Virus record (IMG/VR): IMGVR_UViG_3300027815_000006
Span: 1 to 64,000 of that record
Reading direction: 5' to 3' (one strand)
DNA length: 64,000 nt
Source of the DNA: a virus
The notes under the pieces were generated by a model that saw only the letters and a list, made by a program, of their open reading frames with translations, ran no database searches and was not told the origin of the DNA. Positions within the stretch are counted from its first letter, which is position 1. Each line of letters opens with the position of its first letter. Below, piece by piece: positions 37,604 to 46,505 of this stretch. The position numbers and the translations under genes are program-made.

Positions 37604-37632
37604 AGGGCTACCCTCTTCCGGAGGGTAGCCCT
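37604..37632 (+). terminator. stem-loop after fibre gene (12-bp stem, TTCCG loop)
   Basis: AGGGCTACCCTC-TTCCG-GAGGGTAGCCCT; followed by only TT. Confidence 0.6.
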
Positions 37633-37669
37633 TGACCCCTCCCCAGAGTTTCCCCCATAGTGCGGGGAA

Positions 37670-38185
37670 ATGTCCCAACCCAAGACCCTCCACCACATCC
37701 TCGGTACCGTCTCCAACGCCCTGAGCGACGGCTTGGAGTTCGACGCCACAGCCCTCACCACCTGGGGTCACGACCTCGGGGTCATGGTGGGCGCGCTGGA
37801 AGCGCAACAGCTCGAAGGCGTGACGAAGCTCCGCGCGGAGAACGAACAGCTCCGGGCGCAGATCGAGAGCATCCGCACGCAGATCGCGCGCAACGACGCG
37901 CAGATCGCCGTGTGCGAAGGCGCGAAGCTCGCGTGTGGGGAGGTGTATCGCTTCATGCGCGAGAGCCTGGACGCCACGGTGTTCAAGGTCCGCACCCTGC
38001 GCCCCGCACAGCAGCCCGCGACGGTCATCGCCCCGCCCCCCGTGCCCGTCCATCCCGGCGCCCTGCGCGTACTGGACATCGGCGCCACGGAGGACGCCAA
38101 CGGCGCTGCTTCCGAGAGCCCCCCCGAACCCGAACCCGCTGAATCCACGGACTCCCCCAGGAAGAGGGCGAAGAGGCCGTCCTAG
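37670..38185 (+). CDS. coiled-coil hypothetical protein
   Basis: heptad region KLRAENEQLRAQIESIRTQI; TTGACC-N18-CATAGT upstream. Confidence 0.7.
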   Translation: MSQPKTLHHILGTVSNALSDGLEFDATALTTWGHDLGVMVGALEAQQLEGVTKLRAENEQLRAQIESIRTQIARNDAQIAVCEGAKLACGEVYRFMRESLDATVFKVRTLRPAQQPATVIAPPPVPVHPGALRVLDIGATEDANGAASESPPEPEPAESTDSPRKRAKRPS

Positions 38186-38586
38186 CGCGGAGGCGTCTGC
38201 TTGACTCCCTCGGGATGCTCCGCACACCAGTGCTCCCCGAGGAAGGTCACGCCCCCCGGCAGGAAGGACAGCGTGGCCACGGCCTGCGCGACCTTCACGA
38301 AGGCGGCGGCACTCTCCCCGCGCTTCCCGCGGTAGAGGAACACGTCCCCCTTGGAGGCGATGTAGGACGCCAGCTCCGGGGCCGACTCCTGGAGAGCGCT
38401 CCAGGGAAGACTACGTAGACGCCCCTGCTCGATGAGCACGGCGGTGTACAGGAGGCCACGCGCCAGCTCCAGCGTGAGCGCCATGGCCCCTTCCGCGGTA
38501 AACGGAGGACCACCCCCGCCGCACCGAGGACACCGGACCGTACGGTCCGAGGACACGGACTCCGATGCGGAGGGGGTGTCAGCCAT
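38182..38586 (-). CDS. hypothetical protein
   Basis: ORF with CPRC and GD.FLY..PGGVTFLG motifs. Confidence 0.7.
   Translation of the reverse strand: MADTPSASESVSSDRTVRCPRCGGGGPPFTAEGAMALTLELARGLLYTAVLIEQGRLRSLPWSALQESAPELASYIASKGDVFLYRGKRGESAAAFVKVAQAVATLSFLPGGVTFLGEHWCAEHPEGVKQTPPR
38535..38548. repeat. dispersed palindrome copy 12 (in frame, SDRTVR)
   Basis: read directly. Confidence 0.97.
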
Positions 38587-39274
38587 GGACGATCTCTACC
38601 AGAGCCCGGGTGCGGATGGGATCCAGGACCCCCCACCGCCGCTCGATCCCCGTCGCCACCAAGTAGAGGCTCACGAAGGGGAGGGTTGCGGGCGCGTTCT
38701 CCGGGGTGACCCCGGAGGCCAAACCCAGCGGGACCAACCCCTCCAGCGCGCCGTGGATGCGCTTGATCTTCTCCACCGACGCCGCCCGCCCCGTCCCGGG
38801 CCCGGAGGTGGTCACCACGTCCATGTACTGCGCAGCGATCTTCGTCGCCATCACCTCCCCCTCTGGAGGTAGCGTACGGTGCGTCTTGAAGGCACACCCG
38901 CCCGCCCAGGGCTTCGTGCGCCCCCGGAGGTACGCCGGAAGCTCCATCCGCCCAGACCCGGGGTTCTGAAGCGACACGATGGACTCGTCCGTCCACACGA
39001 GGTCCACGTCCGCGTGGGCGAACGCCACGTCGTTGCCCCCGAGCGGGTTCACCCCGACCACGAAGGGCCCGGGGAAGGTCTTGCGCACCCACCCCGCGAG
39101 CACGAGAACATCGTGGAGAGAGGCCCCCTGGGTGATGAGGCACACCCCGTCGGCGCCGCTCTCCGCGGCGACTCCGATAGAGTCCCTAGCACTGCCAGGG
39201 GATGCGTGGTGAATGACAGGCAGGATCGCCCGTCCACCTGGGAACTTGCTGGGATCGAAGAGCATGATGGACAT
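38579..39274 (-). CDS. BtpA/SgcQ-like TIM-barrel protein
   Basis: LPVIH, GADGV, VGVN, DVVTTSG.GTG, LASGVTPEN, LVATGI. Confidence 0.7.
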   Translation of the reverse strand: MSIMLFDPSKFPGGRAILPVIHHASPGSARDSIGVAAESGADGVCLITQGASLHDVLVLAGWVRKTFPGPFVVGVNPLGGNDVAFAHADVDLVWTDESIVSLQNPGSGRMELPAYLRGRTKPWAGGCAFKTHRTLPPEGEVMATKIAAQYMDVVTTSGPGTGRAASVEKIKRIHGALEGLVPLGLASGVTPENAPATLPFVSLYLVATGIERRWGVLDPIRTRALVEIVHG

Positions 39275-39275
39275 C

Positions 39276-39497
39276 TCAGGTGTGGTCGGTGAAGGCGCCG
39301 CGCTTCTGCGCGTCATTGCGCACGCGGTCGGCGGCGTCGTAGAGCTCGAAGGCGAGCGAGGAGAGGGGCGTGAGCGCGACGGGCGTGACCGTCACCACCG
39401 TGTGGAGCGTAGCGGGCACAGCCGCCTGCACTTCCGCCGCGTCGGACGCGACCACCACGAACGTAGAACCCCCCTGGAGAGACACAGAGAACAACAT
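39276..39497 (-). CDS. small hypothetical protein
   Basis: GAGGAGG SD before ATG 39497. Confidence 0.6.
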   Translation of the reverse strand: MLFSVSLQGGSTFVVVASDAAEVQAAVPATLHTVVTVTPVALTPLSSLAFELYDAADRVRNDAQKRGAFTDHT

Positions 39498-39586
39498 CGG
39501 AACCTCCTCGCGCATCCTGGCGATGTCACACAACTGCGCGGGATTGTGGGACAGCGGGCGCCGCCCGCAAACGAAACCGAACCCCA

Positions 39587-39853
39587 TCACAGATAGCTGA
39601 CGAAGGTCAGGATCTCCTCCTTGAGGCCGCTAAGGGCCCCATGGATCTCCCCCGGAGTCCACCCCTCCCCGCAGAGAACCTCCGCGTACTCCGCCTCGTC
39701 CCACACACACTTCCCCGAGGCGATCTCCAGTCCCTCGATCTCCTGCGTGGCGCGAGAGACCCACGCCGCCATCCGAACGTAGCCCCCGAAGGGCATGTGA
39801 CGGGCGGAGGCGATGAGAACCCGGGTGTGCGTGGCCTTGCTGGGCGTGGTCAT
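39587..39853 (-). CDS. small hypothetical protein (putative early gene)
   Basis: ATG directly after left promoter cassette. Confidence 0.65.
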   Translation of the reverse strand: MTTPSKATHTRVLIASARHMPFGGYVRMAAWVSRATQEIEGLEIASGKCVWDEAEYAEVLCGEGWTPGEIHGALSGLKEEILTFVSYL

Positions 39854-39861
39854 GGGGAGAG

Positions 39862-39925
39862 TCCTTCCGCGGAGGCTTCGTTGCCTCCGTGAACAACAAC
39901 ATAGCAACGCTTTTGCGATTGGCAA
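39862..39925 (-). promoter_or_regulatory. repeated promoter/leader cassette, copy 1 (left arm of 64-bp inverted repeat)
   Basis: TTGCCA-N16-TATGTT with TG extension + CGGAGGC-AACGAA-GCCTCCG hairpin + GAAGGA SD. Confidence 0.85.
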
Positions 39926-39995
39926 GGGGGGTTCTGTACGAATTCGAGGATTGTGCTTGGAATCCGGGGAATGGGTGAAATCGTACGGGAGGGGG

Positions 39996-40059
39996 TTGCC
40001 AATGCCTAAAGCGTTGCTATGTTGTTGCTCACGGGGGCAACGAAGCCTCCGCGGAAGGA
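39996..40059 (+). promoter_or_regulatory. repeated promoter/leader cassette, copy 2 (right arm)
   Basis: 59/64 identical to reverse complement of 39862-39925. Confidence 0.85.
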
Positions 40060-40067
40060 TCCTCACC

Positions 40068-40427
40068 ATGAGCACCACCCATACGGTTCCCCAGGATACG
40101 GACGAGGGCGTGGAGGTTTCGATGCGCCAGTACGATCCGTACTGCGTGCACAAGGTCGCCGTGGGCCTGACGGCGAAGGGGAAGACCCGGTTCGTGTACC
40201 GGATGAGCGTGGCCCCCGCGCGGTGGGAAAAGCGCGTGCACGTCGTGACAGCGCTCTCCGCGAAGGCCGCGCGGGAGATTGCGGCGCAGACGCGCGCCGA
40301 TGCCGCGGCCCTCCGCACAGCCAGGGTCAAGGCGGCCTATCAGGCTGCGCAGTCCGGGAACACCGCGGGCTTCACGGACGTGGAAGTCCTCACGGGCATC
40401 CTCGCCCACGAGAACTTCGAGCAATGA
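40068..40427 (+). CDS. hypothetical protein (putative early gene)
   Basis: ATG after right promoter cassette. Confidence 0.65.
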   Translation: MSTTHTVPQDTDEGVEVSMRQYDPYCVHKVAVGLTAKGKTRFVYRMSVAPARWEKRVHVVTALSAKAAREIAAQTRADAAALRTARVKAAYQAAQSGNTAGFTDVEVLTGILAHENFEQ

Positions 40428-41098
40428 GCATCGACACCCGTGCCCCCACCACCCGCCCATACTGGCTCGCAGACCAGCCCGATGAAGTACCCGCCGACCT
40501 CTTCTTCGCGCGGTTTCTGGTGAGCCTCTACCGCCCCGTGTTGAGCGGGGAGACAAACCCCTACGGGCGCACACCGTGGGACATCAACCCCACGGACGAC
40601 AGATACCCCCAGGAGATCATCAAGGGGATGGGGCTGCACGACCGCAGCATCCCGTGGCTAGGGCATGTGCGTGAGTACCCGAACGCCCCCGCGACCCCCG
40701 CGCTCTGTGTGTCGCGGGGCACGCACAGGATACTGCCCGACGCACCGAGCGAGCTTTTCCCAGACTCGGCCCCCATGCCCTACATGGTGCGACGCCTGCG
40801 CTACATCCCCAGAATCAAACGCCGCGACAACCGCAGGTGGGCGCCCGATGCGTGGAGCCTGTGTTTCGCCGTCTCGCTGGAGGAGCTATACAGCCGGGCA
40901 ACGGGAATCTCAGGAGCCTACGAAATCAAGCCCGTGTTCGCAGGAGGAGAGTACGGTCTCCTACGCAAGGAGGGGGATGGCACGCAGAAGTTCACCCCCA
41001 TGCCCCAGGTGCGCGCCCTCGACTACATGAACGCCATGAGCGAGTTCCCCTCGATGGAGGCGCCTATGTATGATCGAAGTACCCTCCGGGGCGTCTGA
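40424..41098 (+). CDS. hypothetical protein
   Basis: ATGA overlap with previous gene; MSIDTRAP start. Confidence 0.65.
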   Translation: MSIDTRAPTTRPYWLADQPDEVPADLFFARFLVSLYRPVLSGETNPYGRTPWDINPTDDRYPQEIIKGMGLHDRSIPWLGHVREYPNAPATPALCVSRGTHRILPDAPSELFPDSAPMPYMVRRLRYIPRIKRRDNRRWAPDAWSLCFAVSLEELYSRATGISGAYEIKPVFAGGEYGLLRKEGDGTQKFTPMPQVRALDYMNAMSEFPSMEAPMYDRSTLRGV

Positions 41099-41128
41099 GG
41101 GGAGCGCAGCGCCCCCGATGAGAAAACC

Positions 41129-41142
41129 GGACCATACGGTCC
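41129..41142. repeat. 1-mismatch palindrome variant GGACCATACGGTCC (intergenic)
   Basis: read directly. Confidence 0.85.
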
Positions 41143-41188
41143 GTCCCTCCCAGCTACCCGAGGACCCCAGAAACCCAACACTCCCTCC

Positions 41189-41680
41189 ATGAATCCCGAA
41201 GACCTGGAGAAGCTCAAGCAAACCGTCGATGTGCTGGCGCGCGTCTTCACGGCCATGGCGAACTCCCGGGCTCACCAGCTCGCCGCGGCCTCCCTCCATC
41301 TCCAGCACCACGCCCGAACCCTCCTGACCCCCGGAACGCCGCGCGCCGTCGTCACCCGCGCCACGGTCGCCAACCTCTTCGGCGCCGCGGCCTTCCTCCT
41401 CGAACTCCCCGACGAAGACGCTACCTGGGAGGCCGTTTCCGGAGAAGCCGCGGCGCTCCAGGAAACCCTGAAGTCCTCCGTCGAGGAAGCCGCGGCGCTG
41501 GGCCTGGAAGACTTCCCCTTCCACGCCGCCCTCAGTCGCACGACCGCACACCTTGCCCTGGCGGGCTTCCTCCCCCCGCACCTCCCCGAGGATATGTCCA
41601 TGGAGGCGCGACACCGAGAGCTCCGAGCTGCCCTCCCGCCCCTCGCGCTCCTGTTCACCCTCGCCCAGGAACCCCCGTGA
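41189..41680 (+). CDS. hypothetical helical protein
   Basis: 163-aa ORF. Confidence 0.6.
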   Translation: MNPEDLEKLKQTVDVLARVFTAMANSRAHQLAAASLHLQHHARTLLTPGTPRAVVTRATVANLFGAAAFLLELPDEDATWEAVSGEAAALQETLKSSVEEAAALGLEDFPFHAALSRTTAHLALAGFLPPHLPEDMSMEARHRELRAALPPLALLFTLAQEPP

Positions 41681-41714
41681 TCTCCAGCGCCCTCGGGTGC
41701 CTCAAGGCGTGACT

Positions 41715-41728
41715 GGACCGTACGGTCC
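41715..41728. repeat. dispersed palindrome copy 13 (between convergent genes; 20-bp perfect 41712-41731)
   Basis: read directly. Confidence 0.97.
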
Positions 41729-41736
41729 AGTGACCG

Positions 41737-42189
41737 CTACAGGGTGCCCTTGAGCCACGCCTGGAGCCCGTCCCGGACAGCCTTGTAGGCTTCCTCGGGC
41801 GTCTTCCCCTCGGTGCCCACCTTGAAGTCCCGGAGCTGCGTCGCATTGGTGACCCCAGTGGGGCTGCGCTCCATGGTGCTTCCGTCCACGCGGCCATCGA
41901 TGAGCCACAGCTCCGCGTACCCGAAACCCTCCGGGTCCGGCTTCGAGCCCGAGTAGTCCGCAGGCCGCTCCCCCCACCGGATGTAAAACTGCCGCCGGAA
42001 GGACTGCTTCCCGGTCCCCCTGGAGGTCATCTTCACCGCCGTGGGCTTCGGGTTCAGCTCCTTCTTGAGGCGCGGAAGGAGTTTGGCCAGTGCGCCGTTG
42101 AACTCGTCCGCAGAGCCGGGGGCCGCTTCCTCCCACAGATGACGCCCGGAACACGCCCCGGCACAGTCAGAGTTCCAACACGCACGCAA
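41737..42189 (-). CDS. hypothetical protein (start uncertain)
   Basis: C-terminal part of ORF 41737..42498 is protein-like; its N-terminal part overlaps the LAGLIDADG gene. Confidence 0.5.
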   Translation of the reverse strand: MRACWNSDCAGACSGRHLWEEAAPGSADEFNGALAKLLPRLKKELNPKPTAVKMTSRGTGKQSFRRQFYIRWGERPADYSGSKPDPEGFGYAELWLIDGRVDGSTMERSPTGVTNATQLRDFKVGTEGKTPEEAYKAVRDGLQAWLKGTL

Positions 42190-43474
42190 CCCCACCCGAC
42201 GAACGCCTAGTCCGCGCGTAGCAGGCGTCACACTGTCCCTTCCGGAACGCGGGCCTGCCGCAAGCGCAGACCCCCGAAGAGTGCCGCTGATACTTGGGGT
42301 CCGCCCGCCGCTCCGCGGAGAGACATGTGCCGCACTTCCCCCGCGCCTGCACGGGATTCCCCCGCCCGCAGGGACAGACCGTACCTTCCCCGGTCCTCCG
42401 CGGCCTGGAAGCGTAGAAGCACGCCACGCAGAATCCCTTCTTCTTCGCCTCCGCCCCGCACGGACAACGCGCAGGAGCGACAGAGGGCGCGAGCACAACA
42501 GGCGCTACAGGCTCCTGCCCCCGCAGAGGCCTCCCGCGCCGCTGGCGCTCGTAGCACGCATCACAGAGGCCCTTGCGGTAGGCTGTGGCCCCGCACTGAC
42601 ACGCCCCCTGCACAGGCCGCCGATACCCCGGCTGGTGAATGCGCTCGGCGGAGAGGCAGGACCCACACAGCCCCTTCGCCCACACCTCCCGTGTGCAGCC
42701 CTCCGTCCCGCACACCGTCCCAGGCCCCGTCGTGTGTGTCTGCGTCGCCTCCCAGCACGCCCGACAGAGCCCCGACGCGGTGTACCTCGGGTTCCCGCAG
42801 GCGCAGGGTGTTTCCACGGCCTCCTGGAGCGCGCACATCTCGTGATAGCCCCCCATCCGATCTTCATTCCGGATGTGCTCGGGCGCGTCCTTGTAGAGCC
42901 AGTCCGCGAACTTCTGTGCGAGCGCCCCCGTGTAGGAAAGCTGAACCCGAACGTTCCCCGACTGGGGAACCACCGTCCGGTTGAGCTTCGGAACTGGGAT
43001 CCCAAGCGCCTTCTCGATCTCCAACCCCAGGCGCTCCACGAAGGGCACGGCAATGGAGGTGTAGACCAAGGACCGCTGCTTGTTCCCCCGCGTCCTGGTC
43101 TTCTGGACGTAAATGCACCCGTCTGAGTCCCAGAGCCCCCGAATGAAGTGCGGTAGACACGCCTTCGGAAGATCCTCCGGCCACCGGAGCTTGTCTGACT
43201 TCTTCCCCCTGTACCCGTGGACCTGGAGCATCCAGTCAGACAGCGCCCGGGACCGCACAACCGCCACGAAGGCCCCCGGCGCGTGTTTGTGCTCGTAGAA
43301 CGGGCGAGTGTCGTCCGTGATGAGTGCCCGCCACCGCGTGATGGTGGAGATAGCACCCGTGCACTGGAGAAGATACCCCGAAGAGGGAGCACACCCGTCG
43401 CCCAAGAAGATGCCGTGCCACCACGCCCGCTCGGGAGACCACGTTTGTAGGAGCTTCCAGTTGATGTTTGCCAT
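42167..43474 (-). CDS. double-motif LAGLIDADG endonuclease-like protein with six C-terminal Cys4 zinc-finger repeats
   Basis: WHGIFLGDGC and FIRGLWDSDGC; repeats CxCG....KGxCxxC. Confidence 0.85.
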   Translation of the reverse strand: MANINWKLLQTWSPERAWWHGIFLGDGCAPSSGYLLQCTGAISTITRWRALITDDTRPFYEHKHAPGAFVAVVRSRALSDWMLQVHGYRGKKSDKLRWPEDLPKACLPHFIRGLWDSDGCIYVQKTRTRGNKQRSLVYTSIAVPFVERLGLEIEKALGIPVPKLNRTVVPQSGNVRVQLSYTGALAQKFADWLYKDAPEHIRNEDRMGGYHEMCALQEAVETPCACGNPRYTASGLCRACWEATQTHTTGPGTVCGTEGCTREVWAKGLCGSCLSAERIHQPGYRRPVQGACQCGATAYRKGLCDACYERQRRGRPLRGQEPVAPVVLAPSVAPARCPCGAEAKKKGFCVACFYASRPRRTGEGTVCPCGRGNPVQARGKCGTCLSAERRADPKYQRHSSGVCACGRPAFRKGQCDACYARTRRSSGGVACVLEL

Positions 43475-43499
43475 GCCACACAGCATAGCAGGTGCGACT

Positions 43500-43525
43500 A
43501 ATTAGTGCGAATTCTCGCACTAATT
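43500..43525. promoter_or_regulatory. AT-rich 11-bp inverted repeat after capsid stop (terminator or operator)
   Basis: AATTAGTGCGA-ATTC-TCGCACTAATT. Confidence 0.6.
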
Positions 43526-43526
43526 T

Positions 43527-45029
43527 TCACAAGTTGAGCAAACGCAGCTGGGCGTAGTACGAGCTGCGCACCAACTTCTGCGCGTACCGAGTGCGGACGC
43601 CCTTGCGGAGCGACTGGTCGCTCGGGTCGTAGAAGGTGGGGGTGAACTGGATGGGGATGTACGGGGCGTAGACGAAGCCCGCGTCGAGGAAGTCGGGGCC
43701 CTTGAGGCCGAGGACCATGAAGTCCCTGGAGAAGAAGGGGTCCTCGTAGAGGGACCACTTGTTCTTGAGGAGGCCGAGGCGGGCGATGCCGAACTGGCCG
43801 TGCTGGGTGATGGGGCGCCCCATGTCCATCGGGGTCGAGAGGAGGGGCTGCCCGTCGGGGACGAAGACGCCGCGGTAGTCCGCGTGGCTGGCGAACTGGT
43901 CGACGAGGGCACCGACCTCCACGGAGGTGATGGCGAAGTTCGCCGGGGCGCGCAGGGTCTTCTTGTGCACCTGCCCGGAGAGGGAGCTCATCACGGTGAA
44001 GATGGAGCGCAGGTGGTCGATCTCGGGGACGCCGCCCGGAGGCGCGCGGTCCCACACGTCCGCCGTCTCCACGCTGGCCTTGAAGATCTCGTTGATGATG
44101 CCGCGGTCGATCTCCAGCCCGAACTGGAGGGCGAGGTTGGACACCACGGTGGCGTCGGCGTCGAGGCCGTGGAGCGCCTTGAGGTCCTCCACCGCGTCCT
44201 GGGAGGTGAGGGCCTTCGCGCGCCGCGCCTTCGGCGTCACCGGGGCGCTCTTGATGTCGAAGTTCATCTCCGGGATCGCGGTGTTGAGCTCGGAGTCGTA
44301 GTAGTAGAACGCCCGGATGGGGTTCCCGTTGGCGGGGATGTTCTGGAACTTGAAGCCCGTGAGCCCGCCGTTGGAGTAGTTGATCGTGCCCGCCACGGAA
44401 CCGCCCGTGGGCACGAAGGTGAAGCCGCCCACGCCGTCGTCCGTGGCCTCCTGCACCACGGCGCCCGTGGTGGCGTTGATCTCCCGGATGAGGACCTTGT
44501 AGCCCTCCCCGGCGTTGAGCGGACGGACCGGCGCCCAGGCAAGCATTCCGGCCAGCGCCGTGCCGCCACCACCGAAGGCGGCCCCATCCCCGACGTTGAG
44601 GATCTCGCCGTTGATGTACTCAGACGTGTAGTCCGGGTCGAAGTCCTTGGGGAAGATGTTCCCGCGGGTGGTCGGGCCCTTGGTGGAGCCGTACTGCCAG
44701 TCGTAGTAGAACACCGCGCCCACGGGCCCGGTGAGCGGCTGCACGCTCACGACCTCCGGGGCGATGAGGTTCGGCACCATGCGCAGGAGCAGCGGGAAGA
44801 GGCTCTTGGTGTACGGGCCGACGTTGATCGCCCGGACCTCCTCCGAGAGGCTCCGCAGGTAGCGGGCCTGATTCTCAACGAGCATGGCCGTGACGGCCAC
44901 CCGGTACCGATCCGCCTCGGTGCGCATCGGGAGCCCGCTCAGGAGCTCGCTCCACTTCTCCACCACCCGCTCTACCAGGGTCGCGTTCCCGATCCCCGAG
45001 AGGCCCTCGATCATCTGTCGTGCTTCCAT
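43527..45029 (-). CDS. major capsid protein (T4 gp23-like)
   Basis: LVENQ, PNLIA.EVVSVQPLTGPVG.VF, AVEDLKALHGLDA, EIDR, AGFVYAPYIP, KGVRTRY. Confidence 0.96.
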   Translation of the reverse strand: MEARQMIEGLSGIGNATLVERVVEKWSELLSGLPMRTEADRYRVAVTAMLVENQARYLRSLSEEVRAINVGPYTKSLFPLLLRMVPNLIAPEVVSVQPLTGPVGAVFYYDWQYGSTKGPTTRGNIFPKDFDPDYTSEYINGEILNVGDGAAFGGGGTALAGMLAWAPVRPLNAGEGYKVLIREINATTGAVVQEATDDGVGGFTFVPTGGSVAGTINYSNGGLTGFKFQNIPANGNPIRAFYYYDSELNTAIPEMNFDIKSAPVTPKARRAKALTSQDAVEDLKALHGLDADATVVSNLALQFGLEIDRGIINEIFKASVETADVWDRAPPGGVPEIDHLRSIFTVMSSLSGQVHKKTLRAPANFAITSVEVGALVDQFASHADYRGVFVPDGQPLLSTPMDMGRPITQHGQFGIARLGLLKNKWSLYEDPFFSRDFMVLGLKGPDFLDAGFVYAPYIPIQFTPTFYDPSDQSLRKGVRTRYAQKLVRSSYYAQLRLLNL

Positions 45030-45086
45030 GTCCTTGTCCTCGTCCGGCTTGTGCCTGTGTACCCGCGCCCGTGCGCTGTGTCCCTG

Positions 45087-46505
45087 CTACTTCATACCCG
45101 CCATGCGGCGAACATCCGTGAGCGAAATCCCCAGCCCGTTGTAGTCCCCGCGGCTCCCGTTGGCGCTGGAACTGTCCCCGCGGACCACGCCGCGCCCGAT
45201 GGTCTGGCGCATACGCTCCGTGAGGTCCGAGGAGAGCGCGGGCTGGCCTGCGTCGAACTCCTCCACGATGGCGTCCACCGCCTCCACCGTCTGTGGATCG
45301 GCGGCCTGAAGCACCCTCCGCAGACGCTCCTCCCTCGGATGCCGCCCGAGAACCCGCTCCATGTGGATCTCCACCTGGGACCGCGACCGCTCCGTCCGAG
45401 TAGAGGAGAGCTTCGCACGGAGGGTCTTGTTCTCCTCCTCCAGCGTCCGCTCCCGCTCCACCCTGGCGGCCTCCACGATCTCGTGCCGAAGCTCATCGAA
45501 GCGCGCCCGGAAGTCGTCCGCCGTGGGGAACTGCGCAAGATCCCCCAGCGCCTCGAAGACCGCAGCACGCTCCGCCTCGGGCACCGAAGTCACCACGAAG
45601 TGCTCGTAGACCAACGTCCGGTAGCTGTCCGACACCGCCCGAAGCTCCCGCTCCGTGGTCTGGAGCTTCTCCGTGACCTGAAGCGCCTCGGCCTGCTTGG
45701 TATCCACCACCCGCTGATAGTCCGTCGGGAGGAAGGTTGGGGCGAGAAGCTGCCGGAAGGACGTGAGCGTCGCCAACGCCTCGAAGGCGAGCTTCGCCTC
45801 CCCACGGACCCGCTCCGTGACCTCATGGTCCACCCGCTCCACCAACTCGGTGAGCTCTTCGGTGAGCTTCGCGCGGAGAACCGCCTCCGTCTCCGCCGCA
45901 CCCCTCGCCGCGCCCCGACGCTCCGCTTCCTCCAGGAGAGAAGCCTCCAGCGGCCCCTCGTTCGGGGTGCCCGCCCGCTGCACGCTCTCCTGAACCATCT
46001 GGGGGTAGGCGTTCTTGTCCGCCGGATCGATCACGAAGTCGAATGTCACGAGTCGGTAGTCGTCCGACACCTTCTCGTTCACGTCCCCCTCGATGGCCAT
46101 GGTGGTCCCGTACCCCCGGGAGGACACCCCGACCTCGCAGCCAGCCTTGAGGATCTCCGCGAGGTTGCGCCCGCAGTCGGTGTTGAGGATCTCTGCCTCC
46201 CCCTCCACCACCCCGTCCTCCCGGAGCCGGAGCCCCGTGACGACGTGGGAGACGTGCTTCAGGGAGCCCTCCCCGTCCTTGGGATGGTCGGCCTCACCCA
46301 GGACCCGGCGACGCTTCACGTCCTCCTGGATCTTGGACACCTCCCGCTTGAGGAGCGCACGCTCGTAGACGCGCTTGTTCCCCGTTGGACGGTCCGCCGC
46401 GGCAAACTCCCCACGGACGACCAGCCGCCCGTTGCGAGACTGCTTCTCGTCAATGGTCAGCTTCGTGTTGATCCGCTCCGTGAGTAGCTTCAGTACCGTC
46501 GCCAT
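45087..46505 (-). CDS. prohead protease (gp21-like) fused to coiled-coil scaffold domain
   Basis: NKRVY, LGEADHP, VSHVV, GVSSRGYG, TFDFVIDPA; helical C-terminal half; start ATG 46505. Confidence 0.9.
   Translation of the reverse strand: MATVLKLLTERINTKLTIDEKQSRNGRLVVRGEFAAADRPTGNKRVYERALLKREVSKIQEDVKRRRVLGEADHPKDGEGSLKHVSHVVTGLRLREDGVVEGEAEILNTDCGRNLAEILKAGCEVGVSSRGYGTTMAIEGDVNEKVSDDYRLVTFDFVIDPADKNAYPQMVQESVQRAGTPNEGPLEASLLEEAERRGAARGAAETEAVLRAKLTEELTELVERVDHEVTERVRGEAKLAFEALATLTSFRQLLAPTFLPTDYQRVVDTKQAEALQVTEKLQTTERELRAVSDSYRTLVYEHFVVTSVPEAERAAVFEALGDLAQFPTADDFRARFDELRHEIVEAARVERERTLEEENKTLRAKLSSTRTERSRSQVEIHMERVLGRHPREERLRRVLQAADPQTVEAVDAIVEEFDAGQPALSSDLTERMRQTIGRGVVRGDSSSANGSRGDYNGLGISLTDVRRMAGMK

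Noticed and set aside
39587-40427. ORFs 39587..40330 (-), 39813..40427 (+) and 40019..41098 (+) spanning the inverted repeat with duplicated KALLCCCSR peptides
   Set aside because: Artefact of reading through the promoter cassette; more likely starts are 39853, 40068 and 40424.
43800-46487. Long antisense ORFs (43800..46487 +, 27400..29466 +, 21013..22953 +, 4993..6714 +, 60914..62653 +, 35832..37577 -)
   Set aside because: Shadow frames of high-GC3 genes on the opposite strand; no recognisable motifs.
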